Source: Syntrophorhabdaceae bacterium (lineage in GTDB: Bacteria > Desulfobacterota > Syntrophorhabdia > Syntrophorhabdales > Syntrophorhabdaceae). From it: 64,000 nucleotides of DNA. How positions within the stretch are numbered: the stretch's first letter is position 1; the number at the start of each line of letters is the position of its first letter. The translations under genes and the position numbers were made by a program. A model generated the notes under the pieces. The model did not search any database. It worked only from the letters and a program-made list of their open reading frames with translations, and was not told the DNA's origin. The DNA is taken from NCBI GenBank assembly GCA_963666485.2, contig CAXXUO010000002.1:96001-160000 (forward strand). Direction: 5' to 3'. Shown here piece after piece: positions 61,213 to 64,000 of the stretch.

Positions 61213-62901
61213 CTATTCGCCGGGTTTCTTGGCAGGGGATGCGTACCAGCGTTCCTTCGGGACGATCTTCGGTTCGGCGGGGTCTGAACGGTAGGACGGG
61301 GACATGATCTGGACATCGTATTCGTTGAATGCGTCCTGTATGTTCCGGTGCAGGTCGGCATAGGCCACCGTCATCCTTTGCGGGTCATCGCAGTACACGT
61401 TCAGTTCGTAGGCAACGTAAAAATCGTCGAGGGATGTCTGGAGTATGAACGGCGCCGGCTCCCTGAGTATCCCCGGGGTCCTTTCCGCAGCCACGAGAAG
61501 GAGCGCCTCCACCTGCCGCCAGGGTGCGTCGTACCCTATGGTGATCTTCGTATGCAGTATGAGGCCCGCCTCTTTCGCGAGCGTGCTGTAATTAACGACA
61601 TTGCTGTTGACGATGACGGAAGACGGCACAACGATCACCTCGTTCTTGATCGTTCTCAAGCTGACCACCTGGAGCCTCATCTCGATGACGTCGCCCACAA
61701 ACTCACCTATCTTCACACGGTCCCCGATCTTGAACACCCTTCGGTAGGTCAGTGAATACCCTGCAAGGATATTCGCGACGGCGGACGTCGAGCCCAGGGA
61801 AAAAAGAACGCCCAGAAAAATGGAGACCCCTTTGAAGGCCGGGGACTCGGACCCGGGGATATAGGGGAAGGCAACAATAGCGGCAAACGCAAGGACCAGT
61901 ATGCGGCAAAGCTTGTATGTCGGAGCTGACCATTCGGGATAAAATCCCTCGAACTTTATGACCCCGGCCTCCAGGCCGTTGAAGAGAAATTTCATCACCC
62001 TGAGAACGACAAAGGCAAAAAAGCCAATGACCACCACAAACAACAGGTTGGGGATCGCCCGCCAGACGGCGCTTCCTATCGTGCCGACAGGAGATGTCAC
62101 GTATCCGAGCAACGTACCCGCTATCGGACGCGTCCAGGGGAAAAAATGAAGGATAAGGTCGGCATAGGCATAAAATACCAAAAGCAGGATGATGAAACGG
62201 ACGATCCTGATAAGCCACGCCAGGATTGCCTGACTCCTTTCCGCGCTGATAATATCGAGGGACCTTGCATGGGCAGCGGACATCTTGGCATGGGCCCACT
62301 CGCGGAGCCTCAAGGTCAAACGCCGGTAGATCCTCAAGACCACGTAAACAATGAACAGAAGGGCGAAGGTCGTCAGTACGGAATAGACAATTCCCAGCAG
62401 GATCTGTTTCCGGCTGTGATCATGGCGGTACTGCGTGATGGCGGCCCGCAGGACTTCGATGCGCTTCTGCGCCAGTTCGTCGCGCGTCATTTTCTCAGCC
62501 CGCGCATCCTGGTCAAATACGGATAACAGGAGCTTGTCCCGGGCATTGATCGTGGTTATGGGTTCATTGAAATCCTGAATGGAAACCGAATCAACGGGGA
62601 TCGTATAGTCCCGGGCAACTGACTGCAGCCGCTGGGTCAGCAACAATGCCCTTTCCTGCGCGGAGAAGCCTTTTACATCATCCTTGATATAAAAGAGGAC
62701 CTTGTCATCGAGCATCACGGGGTAGCCAACCTTGCTGCCCTGCACAGCGCCGCTGACTGCCGTGTCCCTGCCGGGGGCCCTGTCGGGCCCGGCCGCAGCG
62801 AACGCTCCATGAATGCCGGTTATGGCCAGGAAAGAGAAAATTAAGATCCACACAAGCGATCTCTTTACTGAACTTTTTTCCCGGCGCTGCTTTTCTGTCA
62901 T
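61213..62901 (-). CDS. MscS-family mechanosensitive channel
   Basis: FSLGSTSAVANILAG, FKIGDRVKIG, ITIGYDAPW, IQDAFNE..VQIMSP. Confidence 0.9.
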   Translation of the reverse strand: MTEKQRREKSSVKRSLVWILIFSFLAITGIHGAFAAAGPDRAPGRDTAVSGAVQGSKVGYPVMLDDKVLFYIKDDVKGFSAQERALLLTQRLQSVARDYTIPVDSVSIQDFNEPITTINARDKLLLSVFDQDARAEKMTRDELAQKRIEVLRAAITQYRHDHSRKQILLGIVYSVLTTFALLFIVYVVLRIYRRLTLRLREWAHAKMSAAHARSLDIISAERSQAILAWLIRIVRFIILLLVFYAYADLILHFFPWTRPIAGTLLGYVTSPVGTIGSAVWRAIPNLLFVVVIGFFAFVVLRVMKFLFNGLEAGVIKFEGFYPEWSAPTYKLCRILVLAFAAIVAFPYIPGSESPAFKGVSIFLGVLFSLGSTSAVANILAGYSLTYRRVFKIGDRVKIGEFVGDVIEMRLQVVSLRTIKNEVIVVPSSVIVNSNVVNYSTLAKEAGLILHTKITIGYDAPWRQVEALLLVAAERTPGILREPAPFILQTSLDDFYVAYELNVYCDDPQRMTVAYADLHRNIQDAFNEYDVQIMSPSYRSDPAEPKIVPKERWYASPAKKPGE

Positions 62902-63057
62902 CCGCGTCCACCCCTCTTATCGATCGAATGCCATAAAAAAGACTGTTTTGATTTTCTATTAGAATATAATTTTTTACAAGCAAAAGTCACCGGGTGCCTC
63001 ACCCGGCGCACACACTTTGAACTTGTCACGAAAAACCCGGTATTGTAGATTACACGC

Positions 63058-64000
63058 ATGAATGACTCGCGAAAAGAATTGATGATCGTGTTGACCATCG
63101 CATTCGCCTCTTTTCTCGCCCGGCTCAACCTCTACACGGTCAATATATCGCTTCCCACGATCTCCCGTGTCTTCGGCATCGGTTCCTCCGATGTATCGCA
63201 GATCGTGACGTCGTACCTCTTGATCATCACCAGTTCCCTCGTTCTGTTCGGGAAGCTCGGTGACAGCCTGGGGTTCAAGCGGATGTTCATTGCCGGGTAC
63301 GCCGTGTTCATGGCGGGCTCTCTCTTGTGCGGCATATCGCCCGGGATCTATTCGCTTGTCGCGTCACGATTTGTCCAGGGCATCGGCAGTTCCATGCTTC
63401 TCGCAACGAGTTTTGCACTGATCGCGCAGGCGGTCCCGCACGGGAGGCTCGGCTGGGCCTTCGGGATAAATGCCACCGCAAACGCGCTCGGAGTGGCCGC
63501 CGGGGCACCCCTGGGGGGCATCATTGCCGGTTACCTTTCCTGGAGGTTCATCTTCCTTATCAACATCCCTCTCGGGATCGCAGCTGTTTTCTTTGCGGTG
63601 CGGTACCTCCCCTCTTCCTTTGTCCCCGGCCGGAAGACCGTTCGCCGACAGGGTCCATTCGACATCCCGGGGGCGGCACTCAGCTTTACGGTCCTCGCCG
63701 CATTTCTCTACGTTATGAACTGGGTGGATGTGAAGGGATGGACCTCCCCGGCTGTTCTCGCGTCCGCCGCACTGTGTATTGTATCGTCAATTGTTCTCAT
63801 CGCCTGGGAAAAGAGGTGCCGGGACCCTCTCCTCGACCTGGCCATGCTCAAGGACCGCGGGTTTATCTATGCGCTCGCCGCAACGACCGCCGCCTACATG
63901 CTCATTGCGGGGAACGGGTTCCTGCTGCCTTTCTACCTCGAACTCGTGAAGGGCCTTGACGCAGCAAAGACGGGGATGGTCCTGCTCATCTATTCGCTTA
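63058..64000 (+). CDS. MFS drug:H+ antiporter (DHA2-like), runs off the window
   Basis: Own translation: TVNISLPTI, FGKLGDSLGFKR, SRFVQGIG, WRFIFLINIPLG; open to the window end. Confidence 0.88.
   Translation, partial: MNDSRKELMIVLTIAFASFLARLNLYTVNISLPTISRVFGIGSSDVSQIVTSYLLIITSSLVLFGKLGDSLGFKRMFIAGYAVFMAGSLLCGISPGIYSLVASRFVQGIGSSMLLATSFALIAQAVPHGRLGWAFGINATANALGVAAGAPLGGIIAGYLSWRFIFLINIPLGIAAVFFAVRYLPSSFVPGRKTVRRQGPFDIPGAALSFTVLAAFLYVMNWVDVKGWTSPAVLASAALCIVSSIVLIAWEKRCRDPLLDLAMLKDRGFIYALAATTAAYMLIAGNGFLLPFYLELVKGLDAAKTGMVLLIYSL

Overview
GC-rich bacterial accessory region. The gene content (many multi-PAS kinases, sigma-54 promoters, CoA-transferase, enoyl-CoA hydratase) suggests an anaerobic deltaproteobacterium such as Syntrophorhabdus; this is inference only. 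The most striking structure is five same-strand copies of the 3' half of a tRNA-Arg(NCG) at ~1733, 8330, 11674, 12763 and 28290. Two copies are preceded by a shared ~130-bp arm carrying paired direct repeats and a perfect IHF consensus. The copies divide the left half into integrase-free cargo segments, which looks like a tandem tRNA-att cassette array. Next to the last copy is an AT-richer MacAB-TolC exporter locus containing six small hydrophobic peptides. Further right, a membrane protein with a Cys/Gly tail (TIGR04222-like) sits directly upstream of a radical SAM/SPASM enzyme. The window also holds five paralogous HisKA_2-type PAS kinases with shuffled modules, two loci of which share a sigma-54 promoter and enhancer. 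Other elements are an intact IS256 with an 8-bp target duplication, a FixL/FixJ-like system with a repeated 23-bp operator candidate, a truncated M50-HlyD secretion module and several ordinary metabolic or transport genes. Many single-base frameshifts are present and may be long-read assembly errors.
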